64,000 bases of DNA. Source: Sphyrna mokarran (lineage: Eukaryota). Shown here in pieces: positions 12,297 through 24,244 of this stretch. The position numbers and the translations under genes are program-made. A model generated the notes under the pieces. That model made no database searches. It was not told the origin of the DNA and saw only the letters and a program-made list of their open reading frames with translations. Numbering within the stretch: the stretch's first letter is position 1; each line of letters opens with the position of its first letter. The stretch is from NCBI GenBank assembly GCA_024679065.1, contig JAGIQG010000036.1:12586001-12650000 (forward strand). The letters are read 5' to 3'.

Positions 12297-13440
12297 ACAT
12301 GACCATGAACTATCTGCTTGTCTGCCACAAGCTTTATAAAATGTTGGGGGGGGGGGTTCACCAACCGTGAATTATTTCTCAGTATGAAGAAACGCTTGTG
12401 GCGATTCAAACGCAAGGAGGCAGCAGAGTGGATTTTGCGACTGGAAATCAGTTCGGGCGAAAGCACTTTGGAAGAAAACTCACCCTGGCAAGAGGGGAAA
12501 CTCTTCAAAAGTCAAGACTAGTTTGAGATGTAATCGATAAGATAGCATATCCTTAGACAACATGGCACAATGTATAAATATAGAGCAAAGCCATTTTGGT
12601 TATGTTAGTTAGAACCATAGGATACGTAGAAGGTAGATTCCGCCCAATTTGTCTACCACGACACTCAGAAAGAGCATCTTAACCAGATGCTCGCACACCC
12701 ATTTCAGAATTATCTCCAAAACTCAAAACATTTCTCATGGCTAATCCACCCCTTTGGATACTAAAGTACAATTAACATGATGAATCCACCGATGCTAATT
12801 AGATACTACCCTTTCTGCAATCTGGTATTAGGTTTAAACGCACATTTCATTTCAAACCTGAGCCTCGCAACATTTTGCTTTTGTGGAGCGTCCTGGTTGC
12901 TTGCTGTTGATTTTCCTCTGCTCATTTTGGTAAACATCTCTCAATGTGAAATCCCCTCAGGTGTTCATTTCATTGTCATTTGGAAATTTCAATGTTATCC
13001 ATTCTTGCTGGGGCTCAAACATTAGATGAGCGCTCAAAATTCGACAGAATGTAACAGCATCCTTCCTGTTCAGCGGGAGCTCACCGCCGCCCCCCACCCC
13101 CGCCCCACCTCCCCGCCTAGGGAAACTCGTTCCAGAGTGCTAAAGCATTTTGGAATGTGAATTCCTCTCTAAAACCCCGGGATTGTTCAGTGGATGTGAG
13201 CTGTGATTCCTCCCCATTTTCCCGTCTCCATCAACCGCTCACTGAGCCTTTGCAACTTCCTGCTGCTGCCAAATGCGCATTAACCCAATCAAAGGATGAG
13301 GGGCGGGGCTGACACAGGAAAAGGACGGGGCCATGAGTCGTTAGAGGGTCGGCCTGACAATCAAAAGGAGACGGTGCATTGCAATTTGAGTGTTTTTTCC
13401 CAGTGAAAAAGATTGTTGAAAAGGAGAGCTGAAGTGGAAG

Positions 13441-13930
13441 ATGTATCTATTGCTGTCTCTGTTCTTCATATTAACGAGCTTTCCCAACAATAATTCTTAT
13501 TCAATATATAACTTTACTTTCCACTTGCTGACCGCCGTTTTCCTCTGATTCCGTCTGTTCTTTCTATTTTCATTTTCTTCCCTATTTTTCCTGCATCTCT
13601 CACACAGAGTGCCCAATTTCCTGATCTCTCTATCATTTCCTCAGATGTGGAGTCTCAGATTATCCGTCAGACTCCCGCCGCCGTTTCCAAATCTCCAGGG
13701 GAGAGAGTGGAACTGGAATGCACCGTGGAGGGGAGCAGCTGTACTGGTACAGACAATACCCGGGGAGGGAACTGCAATTCATGTTTTACTCCAACGGTAA
13801 AGAGCATGTCAGTCCAAATAAGGCGGTGGATGGTTTCACAGCGAAGCGACCAGATGACTATGAGTTCAAACTGGAGTCCTCCAGCCTGAAGGTGAATCAC
13901 TCGGCCGTGTATTACTGCGCCTGGAGTCTT
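13441..13930 (+). pseudogene. TRBV: TCR V segment pseudogene V5 (CAWS family): leader from 13441, V exon 13645-13930
   Basis: Leader MYLLLSLFFI has lost the CACC|GT splice donor. The V exon is 286 nt; a 13-nt CDR1 deletion (..GGGAGCAGC^TGTACTGG..) shifts the frame, and the ORF track shows the two halves in different frames. Confidence 0.92.
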
Positions 13931-13969
13931 CACAGTGACTCAGAGACTTGGAGCAGTTCAACAAAAACC
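13931..13969 (+). other. 23-RSS of V5 (perfect consensus)
   Basis: CACAGTG, 23 nt, ACAAAAACC 13961-13969. Confidence 0.97.
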
Positions 13970-14324
13970 CCAAAGGCAGTAGCAAACACCTGTTTGAACC
14001 AAACCGTGCTATCACAGTTCACTTCGGTAGATAAAATGTGTGATTGGAACAAGAAACGGGACAAAATGAACTATTAAGGATAGCGAATGTGAATATCAAG
14101 TTAAGTCAGAATGATGACAAAATAACGAGTTTAAAGGTATTAGGATTCTTCAAATAAAGTTGTGTCTTTGAAATGTGAAACTTAACAGCGGAACTGACTG
14201 AGATGTTTCAAATTGTGAAATGGATTGGGCAGAGTAGAGGAATGTTCACTTCTGCAGGAACATCAGAACCACAAAACACGAGGAGAAGATAGTCACTAAT
14301 CCCAGGGAGAAGTCAGAAGCTACT

Positions 14325-14605
14325 GCTTCAGCGCGCCAGGGGCCTGGACTCGATTCCCGGCTTGGTTCCCTATTTGTGTAGAGGCTGCACATTCTCTCCA
14401 TGTCTGCGTGGGTTTCCTCCGTGTGCTCCGGTTCCCCCCCCCCACTCCAAAGATGTGCGGGTTAGGTAGACTTGCGGTGCTAAATTGCCCCTTAGTGTCA
14501 GGGATGTAGCTAGGGGTTATGGGGATATGGTCTGGATGGGATTTTGCTGTGTGCAGACTCGATGGGCCTAAGAACCTCCTTTAGCACTATGATTCTATGA
14601 TTCTC
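14325..14605 (+). mobile_element. HE1-like tRNA-derived SINE
   Basis: cagcgcgccagggg..ggactcgattcccggcttgg..cacattctc.ccatgtctgcgtgggtttcctcc.. ending in (tatgattc)n. Confidence 0.8.
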
Positions 14606-14974
14606 ATTTCTCACCGAGTGGAACTCGCTACAGCATGACTAAGAACAAAGAACAAAGAACAACACAGCACAGGAAACAGGCCCTTCGGCACTACAAGCCC
14701 TCCGCCGCCCATTTTAACATTCAGCGAGTGCCTCATTCAATCCTTCTTCTACCTACGACTTTTATCTATGCTTCTTGGACTCTGCAGTAAAGAGGCAAAT
14801 AATTCAGAGAATTAAATGTGCTCCAGATTAAGGGAGTCCGACTGTCGATTCCATCTTCTGACAAGTTTATTTATCGGTAGGTACATCAGACCACGAAACA
14901 CATTGGAGACTATGGCATGGTTGAACAGGAAAGGGGAATGCCATTCAGCCCATCTGGAACCTATTGCATAAGTG

Positions 14975-15240
14975 TACGTTTGTTTATTAGTCTCACGAGA
15001 AGGCATACAGTAGCACTGCAATGAAGTTGCTGTGAAAATCCTCCAGACGCCACACGCCAGCGCCAGTTTGGGCACACCGAGGGAGAACTTAGCATGGCCA
15101 ATGCACCGAACTAGTTCACTTTTCCAACTGTGGACGAAACCTACGCAGACACGGGAAGAACATGAAGACTCCGCACAGACAGTGACCTAAGCTGCGAATG
15201 GTCCTGGCGCTGTGAGGCAGCAGTGCTAACCACTGTGTCA
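14975..15240 (-). mobile_element. HE1-like SINE
   Basis: Ends ..gcgctgtgaggcagcagtgctaaccactgtg (tRNA-like head on the minus strand). Confidence 0.8.
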
Positions 15241-15434
15241 GCGGGCCGCCAGCAGAAAATCCAGTCAGTCCTTTAAAGTCTGTTACACAGAAACAAAACA
15301 GTGCGGCGTGGCATTGGGCATGTTCGCATTTCTTGCACAGGGCAAGCATGAGGCCATTCAATCCCTCAAACCTGTTACATAGGAAAAAGAAGAGGTCTAT
15401 TCAACCCTATCAAATCTGTTACATGGAAAAAAAT

Positions 15435-15685
15435 AAGAAGTTTCACAACACCGGGTTAAAGTCCAGTAGATTTATTTGGTAGCACGAGCTTCCAGAGTGC
15501 CGCTCCTTCATCAGGCGAGAATGTATCACCTGATGAAGGAGAGGTGAGTGGGCCACTCATCTGATGAAAGAGAAATGCTCCCGAAAGCTTGTGCTACTAA
15601 ATAAACCTCTTGGACTTTAACCTGGTGTTGTGACACTTCTTACTGTACCATCCTCAGTCCAACGCCAGCGTCTCCACAGCATGGG
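15435..15685. mobile_element. Penelope-like element terminal remnant arranged as an ~80-bp inverted repeat
   Basis: 15435-15515 is the reverse complement of 15560-15641; motif CTGATGAA..CGAAAGCT..AAATAAA..TGGACT..AACCTGGTGTTGTG. Confidence 0.65.
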
Positions 15686-15774
15686 AAAAGGAGGAGGTCG
15701 TTCCAATCGGAATTAATGGCAATGACTGGGAACTTATTGGGAATCCAAATAGTTGTATTTTGATTTTCCAGGGG

Positions 15775-16120
15775 AGGCATTATCGCTAGGCTATTAATCC
15801 AGAAATTCAGCTAATGATCTGGGGACCCGGGTTCGAATCCCATCACTGTAGGTGGTGGAATTTGATTTAATTAAAAAAAATGGAATTAAGAATCCACTGA
15901 TGATCTTGAAACAATCGTCGATTGTCGAAAAAAAACCCCATCTTGTTCACTAATGTCCTTTAGGGAAGGAAATCTGCAGTCCTTACCTGGTCTGGCCTAC
16001 ATGTGACTCCAGATTCACAGCAATGTGAGTTGCTGTGTGAGACTCCCAACTGTCCTCCAACAGCAGCCAAGACTGGGCAATAAATGTTGGCCAGTCAGCA
16101 ACGCCCAAGTCCCACCAGTT
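15775..16120 (+). mobile_element. Second tRNA-derived SINE family
   Basis: B-box-like GGGTTCGAATCCC at ~15828. The body (..gttcactaatgtcctttagggaagg..ggtctggcctacatgtgactccag..gggcaataaatg) recurs at ~19200-19655 (minus), 41605-41930 and 46020-46370. Confidence 0.7.
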
Positions 16121-16300
16121 AATTCAAAATTAGTGATTGCACATTAACACCCAGGTTAATTCTGATTGGTAGACCAGGGGAAGAGGGCGTGTCTAAATCT
16201 TCCTTATTTCTTTGCGATATCAGGTTTCTCTCATTGATTTGAAAAGAGCGGATTGGCTTCTCACAAAGCTCCAAGCTGAAGCGGAAATTTCACATTGATA

Positions 16301-16769
16301 ATGTTCCTGTTGCTGGCTCTAATGATCGTGTTTCACCGTAAGGCAATTTTTCAAAAGATACTTCTTATTAATAATTTCTTCTTTTCTTGCTTTTTATCTT
16401 CTTTTGTATCGATAATTCTCTCCAACTTGACCTGAACGTTCCTATCACTGGTTTCATTCTCTCCCTGTCCCAGGTGCCCATTCGCAGACTATCCGCCAGA
16501 CTCCTGCCGCTGTCTCCAAAAATCCTCAGGAGCCAGTGCATCTCAAATGCACTGTGAAGGGTGTCAGTGATCCTTACATGTACTGGTACCGACAATACCC
16601 GGGCCAGGAGCTCCGGTTAATGTTCTATTCTATGATGGTCGATGCTGTGAATCCGAATAAGCCCGTGGACGGTTTCAGAGCCGAGCGACCGAGTGATTCT
16701 GAGTTCAATTTGGAATCCTCCAGCCTGCGGATGAATCACTCGGCAATGTATTACTGCGCCTGGAGTATT
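16301..16769 (+). CDS. TRBV: TCR beta V segment V6 (CAWS family), apparently functional: leader 16301-16337, V exon 16474-16769
   Basis: MFLLLALMIVFH|RAHSQTIRQTPAAVSKNPQEPVHLKCTVKGVSDPYMYWYRQ..NHSAMYYCAWSI. Confidence 0.93.
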
Positions 16770-16808
16770 CACAGTGACTCAGAGAGATAGAACAGTTCAA
16801 CAAAAACC
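16770..16808 (+). other. 23-RSS of V6 (consensus)
   Basis: CACAGTG, 23 nt, ACAAAAACC 16800-16808. Confidence 0.97.
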
Positions 16809-16944
16809 CCAAAGCCAGCCGCAAATGACCGTTCTAAACAAATAGATCTGCTCTCCCTGGCAGAACACGACAATAGGAGGAGGTAAAGTAAAGCCCCGCC
16901 CTCTCTATCATTGACTGGAGATGAGAATTGGGATTTTCATTGAA

Positions 16945-17256
16945 TCAAGGAACTCCTACAGTGCACAAAGAGGCCATTTGCCCATCGAATCTGCACCGGT
17001 CACAATTCCACCCAGGCCTTATCCTTGTAACCCTATGTAGTTACCCTGCTAATCTCTCTGACACTCATAATTTGTTATGCAAATCCACATAATATACACA
17101 TCCTTGGACTGTGGGAGGAAAACTGAGCACCCGGAGGAAACCCACGCAGACACGTGGAGAGCATGCATACTTCGCATAGACAGTGATCCAAGCCGGGAAT
17201 TGAACCCGCGACTCTAGAACTGTGAGGCAGTGGTCCTAACCAAGTGCCACCATGCC
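16945..17256 (-). mobile_element. HE1-like SINE
   Basis: Same SINE core and head as the other copies. Confidence 0.8.
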
Positions 17257-17727
17257 TCCGAACATTAAAACATGAAATTAGAGAAGGGTGGGATAGGGTT
17301 GATGTCAGGAAGAGAGCATCACTTGTCTATTAGATCAGAACGTGGGGGACGGGTCATAGATATCAAAAACATTCATTAATAATTCCAACAGTGGAACTTC
17401 TGTTATGTGATTATCCCGAGAATGGTTAGATTGTGAAAGTCACAGAGAGAGAGAGATTGGATGTGGACGGGGAGTGGTAGGGGTAGGGTCTTCGATGCAT
17501 GAAGACAGGAGGGAGATAGCAGTACAAATATATGTTGATGGTACACCGTGTTTTGAGATATACAGCACATCCAGCCAACAGACACCATTGGCTTGAGTAG
17601 GCGAGGAAAACAAATAAAAATGATGCATTCAGAAAGAAATGGGAGGAAAGGGAAACGGAGTCGCGAAAGAAGACAAAGAGAAGGGAAAGATTGGGTTTGG
17701 GCGGTTGCTTTTTGTTTTTGCAGGCGG

Positions 17728-17743
17728 GCTGCAGAGGGCGCTG
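17728..17743 (+). promoter_or_regulatory. CTCF-like motif
   Basis: GCTGCAGAGGGCGCTG; core with two 5' mismatches, in sequence not obviously homologous to the other sites. Confidence 0.55.
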
Positions 17744-18603
17744 TAGGACTATAGAACACAACCTGTTAGATCTTTCAATTCTTGTTGAACGGTGTCATCC
17801 AGCCCTTCGAGTTTAACTTCATTACAATTTAACTTCTTCTATCATCTCCACACTCTTGAAACACTAATCAACAAAATCAGTCGACAGCAGTTATTAAACG
17901 TTAAATTTCCCATTAGCTTGCTTTATCTTTTGAAGGAGAAAATTCATTGTTCTTCATCCCATTGTGCAAATAAATGCTTCCTGCCATTAATTGTTTTCCT
18001 TTCGTTTGAAAATTAAGCAACCATGTGTTGCCACACACCCGCGCCCACAAGTAAGTGGAGGTGGAGGCCTACCACTGTCAATCCCGAGAAAAGCTCCTCA
18101 AACGCAACTTTAAATTGGAGTTCACCTTCAATCTTCTACATTCAGCAGGATGCAGATAGAATTGGGCAAACTATTGTCATGAGTTTGAAGCAGCTGCATC
18201 TTTCTGTCTGGTCCATTTTCTATTCTCTCTAAGCCCTGAACTGAAAGAGGTTCTTCAGAGCCTGGTGTTCTCATCTCCTCCTGCAGAGGCTTTGATCTAG
18301 GGAGAGGCGGGTCTTTAGTTCATTGGAATGAGCGTGATATTCTAACCTGTATCACTTCCCTGTGTCAATTCTATTTTTCTCAATCACTTCCCAGGCGTTG
18401 GTATAGCTTTCAACAAGACTGGGCTTTATAATATTCACTAGGTGACTGACTCTTACGATCTCCTTTCAATGCCAGTGATTTTTAAAGTAACACTGTGCCA
18501 CGTGTCCTTTTTCTTCTTTTCTGCTCCTTCTTATTTTCTTCATTTTCTTCTCTCATTCTACAAAAGAATGTTCACTGACCTCCTCCCAATCTCTCTTCCA
18601 CAG

Positions 18604-18847
18604 ATTGAGTCCGTCTTCTTCTGTCTCCAGTCCCACACAGAATAAAACTGGAGTGTGCGGTTATAGTGGTTACATTTACTGGTCTAGATCATGCCTTGGC
18701 AAGGAACTGCAGCTAATGGTTTAGTCTGCAGCTGTACGAAATGTTCATGATGGAGCCCACTGGCCTGTGGGCCTATCCGCGGGCCATGCATTACAGCACC
18801 TGGAGCTTTTACAGCGATCCAGAAAGCGAAGCACTTTAACAGAAACC
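18604..18847 (+). pseudogene. Highly decayed CAWS-family V relic V7
   Basis: Polypyrimidine tract and CAG acceptor at ~18601-18603. Remnant IYWSRSCLGKELQLMV (cf. MYWYRQYPGRELQLMF) and MHYSTWSF (cf. VYYCAWSL), then TACAGCG-22nt-ACAGAAACC and the family-specific AAAGGCAGCAGGAAACACCTG. Confidence 0.75.
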
Positions 18848-19199
18848 TCAAAGGCAGCAGGAAACACCTGGGTTGTCCAAACTGCGTGTTGCTTCGATCT
18901 GTTTTTATTAGTTTTATTTTGTGATGGGAGGGAGCTCACGGAGAGTTAGAATCACAATAAGTGATTCTATGTCACGGCACTGAAGAAGGGGCAAGTGAAG
19001 ATTATCAATGATAATACCAAAAGTGGAAGATTGCAACTGTCAGAATAGAACAGGACATAGTTTTATTCCACGGACTCTGTGTTCTGTTTCTCCACAGTTG
19101 CAACTGATAGCAGCGAGCATAGAAATCTCAACTGTCTGAAACAGCCGCTCGGAATAAAATAAGGTCCATTCAGGATAACGGACCCTAAATCGGAAAGTA

Positions 19200-19655
19200 T
19201 TTATTCTTTATGGGCGCCGCTAACTAGGCCAACATTTGTTAACCATCTCTAATTGCCCTTGATCCGAATAGCATTTAAGAGTCAACCTCATTGTTGTGAG
19301 TCTGGAGTCACATGTAGGCCAAACCAGACGAGGACGGCGAATTTTCTTCCCTAAAGGACATTAGTGAACAAGAACATGGACAGGGATCGCGGGTAGAAGT
19401 GGGAACATCGAAGTGGCGGCGCGGGCTCGTTGGGCCGAAGGGCCTGTTTCCCGTGCTGTTTTGTTCTTTGTTCTCCTTTGTTCTTTAAGATGCGATACAA
19501 CGGCACTCGACTATGGTTTCATGGTCATCAGTAGATTTTTAATTCCAGATTTTTATGGAATTCAAATTTCACCGCCTGACGTGGTAGGATTTTAACCAAG
19601 GTCCCCAGAGCAGGTCTCACTATCCCAATAGCAATACCACTTCACCAAGGTCTGT
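19200..19655 (-). mobile_element. SINE family 2 copy interrupted by a CR1 3' tail (~19370-19485)
   Basis: Reverse complement of 15775-16120; internal ..gggccgaagggcctgtttcccgtgctg..(ttctttg)n tail. Confidence 0.65.
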
Positions 19656-20849
19656 CCTGAAACTAAGTGAACAGAGGGATGAAGCAAACTCCAGAAAATA
19701 TTTAACTCAGTACTAGGCAACTGTTTCAAATATAGAACAGGAGGCCATTCAGTCCCTCGCGTCCGTTAAACAGGGATAGCAAGAGTCACGGAGTCTGCTC
19801 TGACTTGGAGTTGCACCATACTGGTTCTTTATCTTTATCCTTTGTTTCATATACACCCTACTCCATCACACTCAACTCCCTTGCTGACAAAAACCCCATC
19901 TATATCAAGTATTCTACGACACAGGATCCCCATGATCACGATCCTCTGAAAGAGAAAATATCTGCTCATGTCTCTCTTAAATAGACTACTCTAAGTTTTA
20001 ACCGGTGTCCCCGAATTCTTGACTCCATGATAAGGAGAAACATTTGCTCAGATTCCAACCTTGACAAGGTTATTCAGAAGCTTCTTTCTTCTAAAGTCCA
20101 CACAGGGTAGAAGGGCCAATCCGCTTTACCCCATCCAGAAGATAATCCATTCAGTAAACTTTCGCTGAACTTCTGATGAAATTAATTTTCAGAAAAAAAA
20201 CCAAAATTGTACAAGTCGCCTCAGAAGCGATCCCACTTACAGCCTATGCATTTGTACCAACACTTCCATACTTTTATCCTCCACTGCGCTTGGGATAAAC
20301 TCCAATATTTCATTTGCCTTTACTTGCCTTTTATGCATTCTAACTCTTTGTGGTTCATTAATCAAGACACTGGGTGTCTCTGCACCTCAAATTTCTGCTG
20401 CCTCCCTCCAAACTCTGTTCATCAATAACATAAACTGAACTTCAGTCTTTGCCGGCGACTGGCTCACTGCTCTCAATCTTTGCATTGTTTAACAAAATAA
20501 AAATAATACAAAAAATTGTGAAGGCAGAAAATCTGAAATAAAATCTAAAATTGCTTTAAAATGTAACAGATCAAGCAGCATCTGAGGAAGGAGCTCCAGC
20601 GCAATATAACTGTTCAGAATTCGTCACGTGAACGCCAAATGTTACTATCTCCACTGGCCCAGCCAGAGCCAGTGAGCAATTGCCACACTTCCTGCTCCGT
20701 TTACAATGATTACTAAAAGAACTGACTCCAGAAAGAGGTGTGACCCACCCTCACCTCTGCTCCTCATTTTTTTCTCCAAATTTGAAAGAAGCTATTAGAT
20801 TCCAACTTTATTATGCGTGCATCTGGACTGGATTGAATCAGGAGCGGCC

Positions 20850-21146
20850 AAGGAGCATAGAAACAAGAAGCAGGAATTGGCCATTCGGCCCATCAGACCT
20901 GCTCTGCCATTAAGTTTGATCACAGCTGATCAGCAAAGTCAACGTCATGATCCCTCCTTCTCCCCATATCTCATTACCCTTTTAGCACCAAGAACTATAT
21001 CTAATTTCTTCTTGAAATCACACTATGTTTTGGCCTCAATTACTTTCGCTGATAGTGAATTCCCCACAGTCACCACCCTCTGAGTAAAGAAATTTCTCCT
21101 AACCGCCTTCTTAAAAGGCTTATCCTCAAACTGTGACCCCTAGTTC
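20850..21146 (-). mobile_element. CR1 3' fragment
   Basis: catagaaac..ggccattcggccc..caccaccctctgagtaaagaaatttctcc. Confidence 0.75.
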
Positions 21147-21431
21147 TGATAGCAATGGTCATGGAACTGCGGGGCTAAGTCAAATCTCCACTGCCTGAAT
21201 ATCGAGGGCATCTCTGGCCAGCTCCCGTTTACTTTTCAATACACTTCCTTTTCACGGAGAGAGACAGTGAGGTGAATGTAGAGATATAGAAAGAAATGTT
21301 CAGAATTAGGGCGCGGGAGAATTCTATTCAATCAGGTTTGTACTCTCTCCTGGTCTAATTCATGTCCCTGAGGTCTCTGCCCGGCACTGAAAGAAGGGTT
21401 CCCTTTGCAACCTAGCCAGGATTCTCCAGAA

Positions 21432-21715
21432 TGGGCGGCACAATGGTTAGCACTGGTGTCTCACAGGGACTGTGTGGAATTTGCACATTCTCTCCGTGTC
21501 TGCGTGGATTTTCTCTAGTTTCCTCCCACAGTCCAATAATATGCGGGTTAGGTTGATTGGCCATGCTTGACTGACTCTAGCATCAGGGGGATTATCAGTG
21601 TAAATATGTGGGGTTACGAGAATAGGAGAGTATAGGGAGTAGGTCTGGAGAGTATCGTGTTTGGTGCAGACCCGACGGCCAATTAGCCTCCTACTGCACT
21701 GTAGAGATTCTATGA
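21432..21715 (+). mobile_element. HE1-like SINE (internally deleted head)
   Basis: gggcggcacaatggttagcactg..tgcacattctc..gtctgcgtgg..gattctatg. Confidence 0.8.
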
Positions 21716-22113
21716 AACAGAATGTCTTCCATTTTGCGAGCTTTGTAGCGGGGCAACTGCACGCCTCTGCAGCCCCAGAGTTCCTCCCTTGTCGCCAGAA
21801 TGCAATCGACTCTCCTTCCTTAGGCCGAGCGTGGATAACCTCACTAGTGTCCAAGTGGCATCTGCCACTCCTTTGCCCATTCAATTCATTTTGAAGTCCC
21901 GTGTCCCCATCTTCTTCACTTCGTCAATCGCGGTGGTGGGGCTGTCAATCAGAGGGGGAGGAGCTCGGCCAACCACATATACATCACGCCGCAAAACATT
22001 TCGTGAGTCAATGATTTCAGAAAAGGAGTTCGGCTCCTAACAAGGCACAACGCCCTTGGGGTTTGTTTCTCTTTTTTTCATTTAACTGTCAGAAGAAAGG
22101 TTGAGCGAACAAC

Positions 22114-22574
22114 ATGTTAGTGTTACTGAGCCTCGCGATCTTATTTCAATGTGAGTGATTATTAACTCAGTTATTCTTACCTCTGTATTTTTGTCTTTCT
22201 ATCTTCCCTCGTTCCTTTCCCGCATCACCTCACAAATGACTCCAGTTCTCATCTATTCATCTCCCATCTTATTGTCAGGTGTGAACTCGCAAACTATCCG
22301 CCAGACTCCCGCCGCTGTCTCCAAATATCCCGGGCAGAGTGTGAAACTGACCTGCGTTGTCGAGGGCTCCAGTAACCCTGCTATGTTCTGGTACAGACAA
22401 TACCCAGGAAAGGGGCTGAAGGTGATGTTTAACTCCGCGGTTAGCGGTTCCGTGAATCCAAATGAGCCGGTGGACGGTTTCTCCGCCGAGCGACCGAGTA
22501 GCTCTGAGTTCAACTTGAATTCCTCCAGCCTGCGGGTGAATCACTCGGCCATGTATTATTGCGCCTGGAGTCTT
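22114..22574 (+). CDS. TRBV: TCR beta V segment V8 (CAWS family), apparently functional: leader 22114-22150, V exon 22279-22574
   Basis: MLVLLSLAILFQ|CVNSQTIRQTPAAVSKYPGQSVKLTCVVEGSSNPAMFWYRQYPGKGLKVMF..NHSAMYYCAWSL. Confidence 0.93.
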
Positions 22575-22613
22575 CACAGTGGCTCAGAGAGATGGAGCAG
22601 TTCAACAAAAACG
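22575..22613 (+). other. 23-RSS of V8
   Basis: CACAGTG, 23 nt, ACAAAAACG. Confidence 0.96.
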
Positions 22614-22754
22614 CCAAAGGCAGCAGCTTATAGCGGAAACGCCGTGTGGAGCTTTCATTGTTTTTTCGTGCACAGCAAACACATTTCTTGAGAATAAAAT
22701 TTGGACCATTGTCAGTGTGAACAACCAGAGATAGAGCAACACCAGAAAGTTCGG

Positions 22755-24010
22755 AATGACTTCGGTCATGGGCAAAATTTCAGAGTCCATTATTAAAAAT
22801 GAGACCGCAGAATATTTGCAAGTGCATGATAATAGCAATGAGTCAGCACGGCTTTATTAAAAGGTCATACCTGACAAATCTGTTAGTTTTTTTTGAGGAT
22901 TAACAACAAAGTTAAATATAGGAGAACCAGTGGAATTAAATTTAGATTTCCAGAAGGACTTTGACACGCTGCCACATAGAAGACTGTTAAATAATTAAGA
23001 ATTCATGGTGTTAAGAGTAAGATGCTGGCATGGATAGAGGATCGCCTGGCTGCTAGAAGGTAGAGAGTGGGAATAAAGGGATCTTTTTCAGGATGGCAGT
23101 CGGTGACTGCCTCAGGCGTGCCTGATGTGCCTCAGGCGTCAGTGCTGGGACTGCAACTTTTCACAATATGCATTAACGATTTGGAAGAAGGAACTGAAGG
23201 CATTGTTGCTACGTTTGCAGGCGATACAAAGATATGTAAGGGGACAGTTAGTATTAAGGAAGCAGGGGGCTGTAGAAAGGATTGGACAGGTTAGGAGAGG
23301 AAGCAAAGAAGTGACAGATTGAATACATTGAGGAAACGTGCGAGATTATGCACTTTGGAAGGTGGGAGGTATGCATAGATTATTTTCTAAATGGAGAAAT
23401 GCTCTGGAAATCAAAAGCATGAAGGACTTGGGAGTCATTGTTCAAGATTCTCTTAAAGTTAACATGTAGGTTCTGCCAGCAGTTAAGAAGGTAAAGAGAT
23501 GTTAGCATTCATGTCGAGAGGGATCAAGTAAAGGAACACGGATGTACTTCTGAAGCTATGCAAGGCTCTGGTCAGATTCCATCTGGAATATTGTGAGCAG
23601 CTTTGGGCCCGTATCTAAGGAAGGATGTGCTGGCCTAGGAAAAGTGGAGGTTCACAGGAATAATCCCTGGAATAAAGAGCTTGTCTCATGAGGAACGGTT
23701 GAGGGCTCTGTGTCCGCACTTGTTGAAGTTTAGAAGAATAGAGTGGGCGTGGAGTGGATGTTTCCACTGGTAGGAAAGACCAGACAATCCTTTAAAACAG
23801 AGATAAGGAGGAATTTTTGCAGCTGCGATAGGTGAATCTGTGGAACGCTTTGCGCATAAGGTTGTGGAGCCCAGTTACTGAGTGTCTTTAAGAAAGAGAT
23901 AAATAGATTCTTGATTAATAAGGAATTATGGATTATGTGGAAAAGGCAGGAGAATGGGGATCAGAATCACCTAATTCTCCTCCTATGTCTTCTGGTATTA
24001 TGGTCCTATG
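22755..24010 (+). mobile_element. Degenerate CR1 LINE (RT region to 3' end)
   Basis: Fragments GVP..QASVLGLQLFTICINDLEEG..FAGDTK (decayed FADD motif); many stops and frameshifts. Confidence 0.9.
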
Positions 24011-24244
24011 ATTTGCTGTATGGGTAAATGAACAGCGACATTGCCAGAACTGAGAGATTATAATTACCAGGAAAAGCCGAATATGTCGGACTTTCTAGAA
24101 AAAAGAAGTTTGGGGATGAGCTGATTGAGGTCTTTGGGGTTATTAACTCACTGTTACTATTTGTGTCGGACACCAGATTCAGGAGATCATCAAAATAAGA
24201 TAGGCATTAATGAATCTAGTCGGAGTTCAGGCAAGAGTTCTGCT

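Noticed and set aside
15170-15190. Heptamer-like CACAGAC/ACAGTGA within SINEs (many copies)
   Set aside because: Part of the SINE consensus, with no nonamer at 12 or 23 spacing.
22155-22691. ORF-track extensions of V ORFs into introns and through RSSs (also 44744, 55751-56434)
   Set aside because: Read-through artefacts. The true boundaries are set by the splice acceptors and heptamers.
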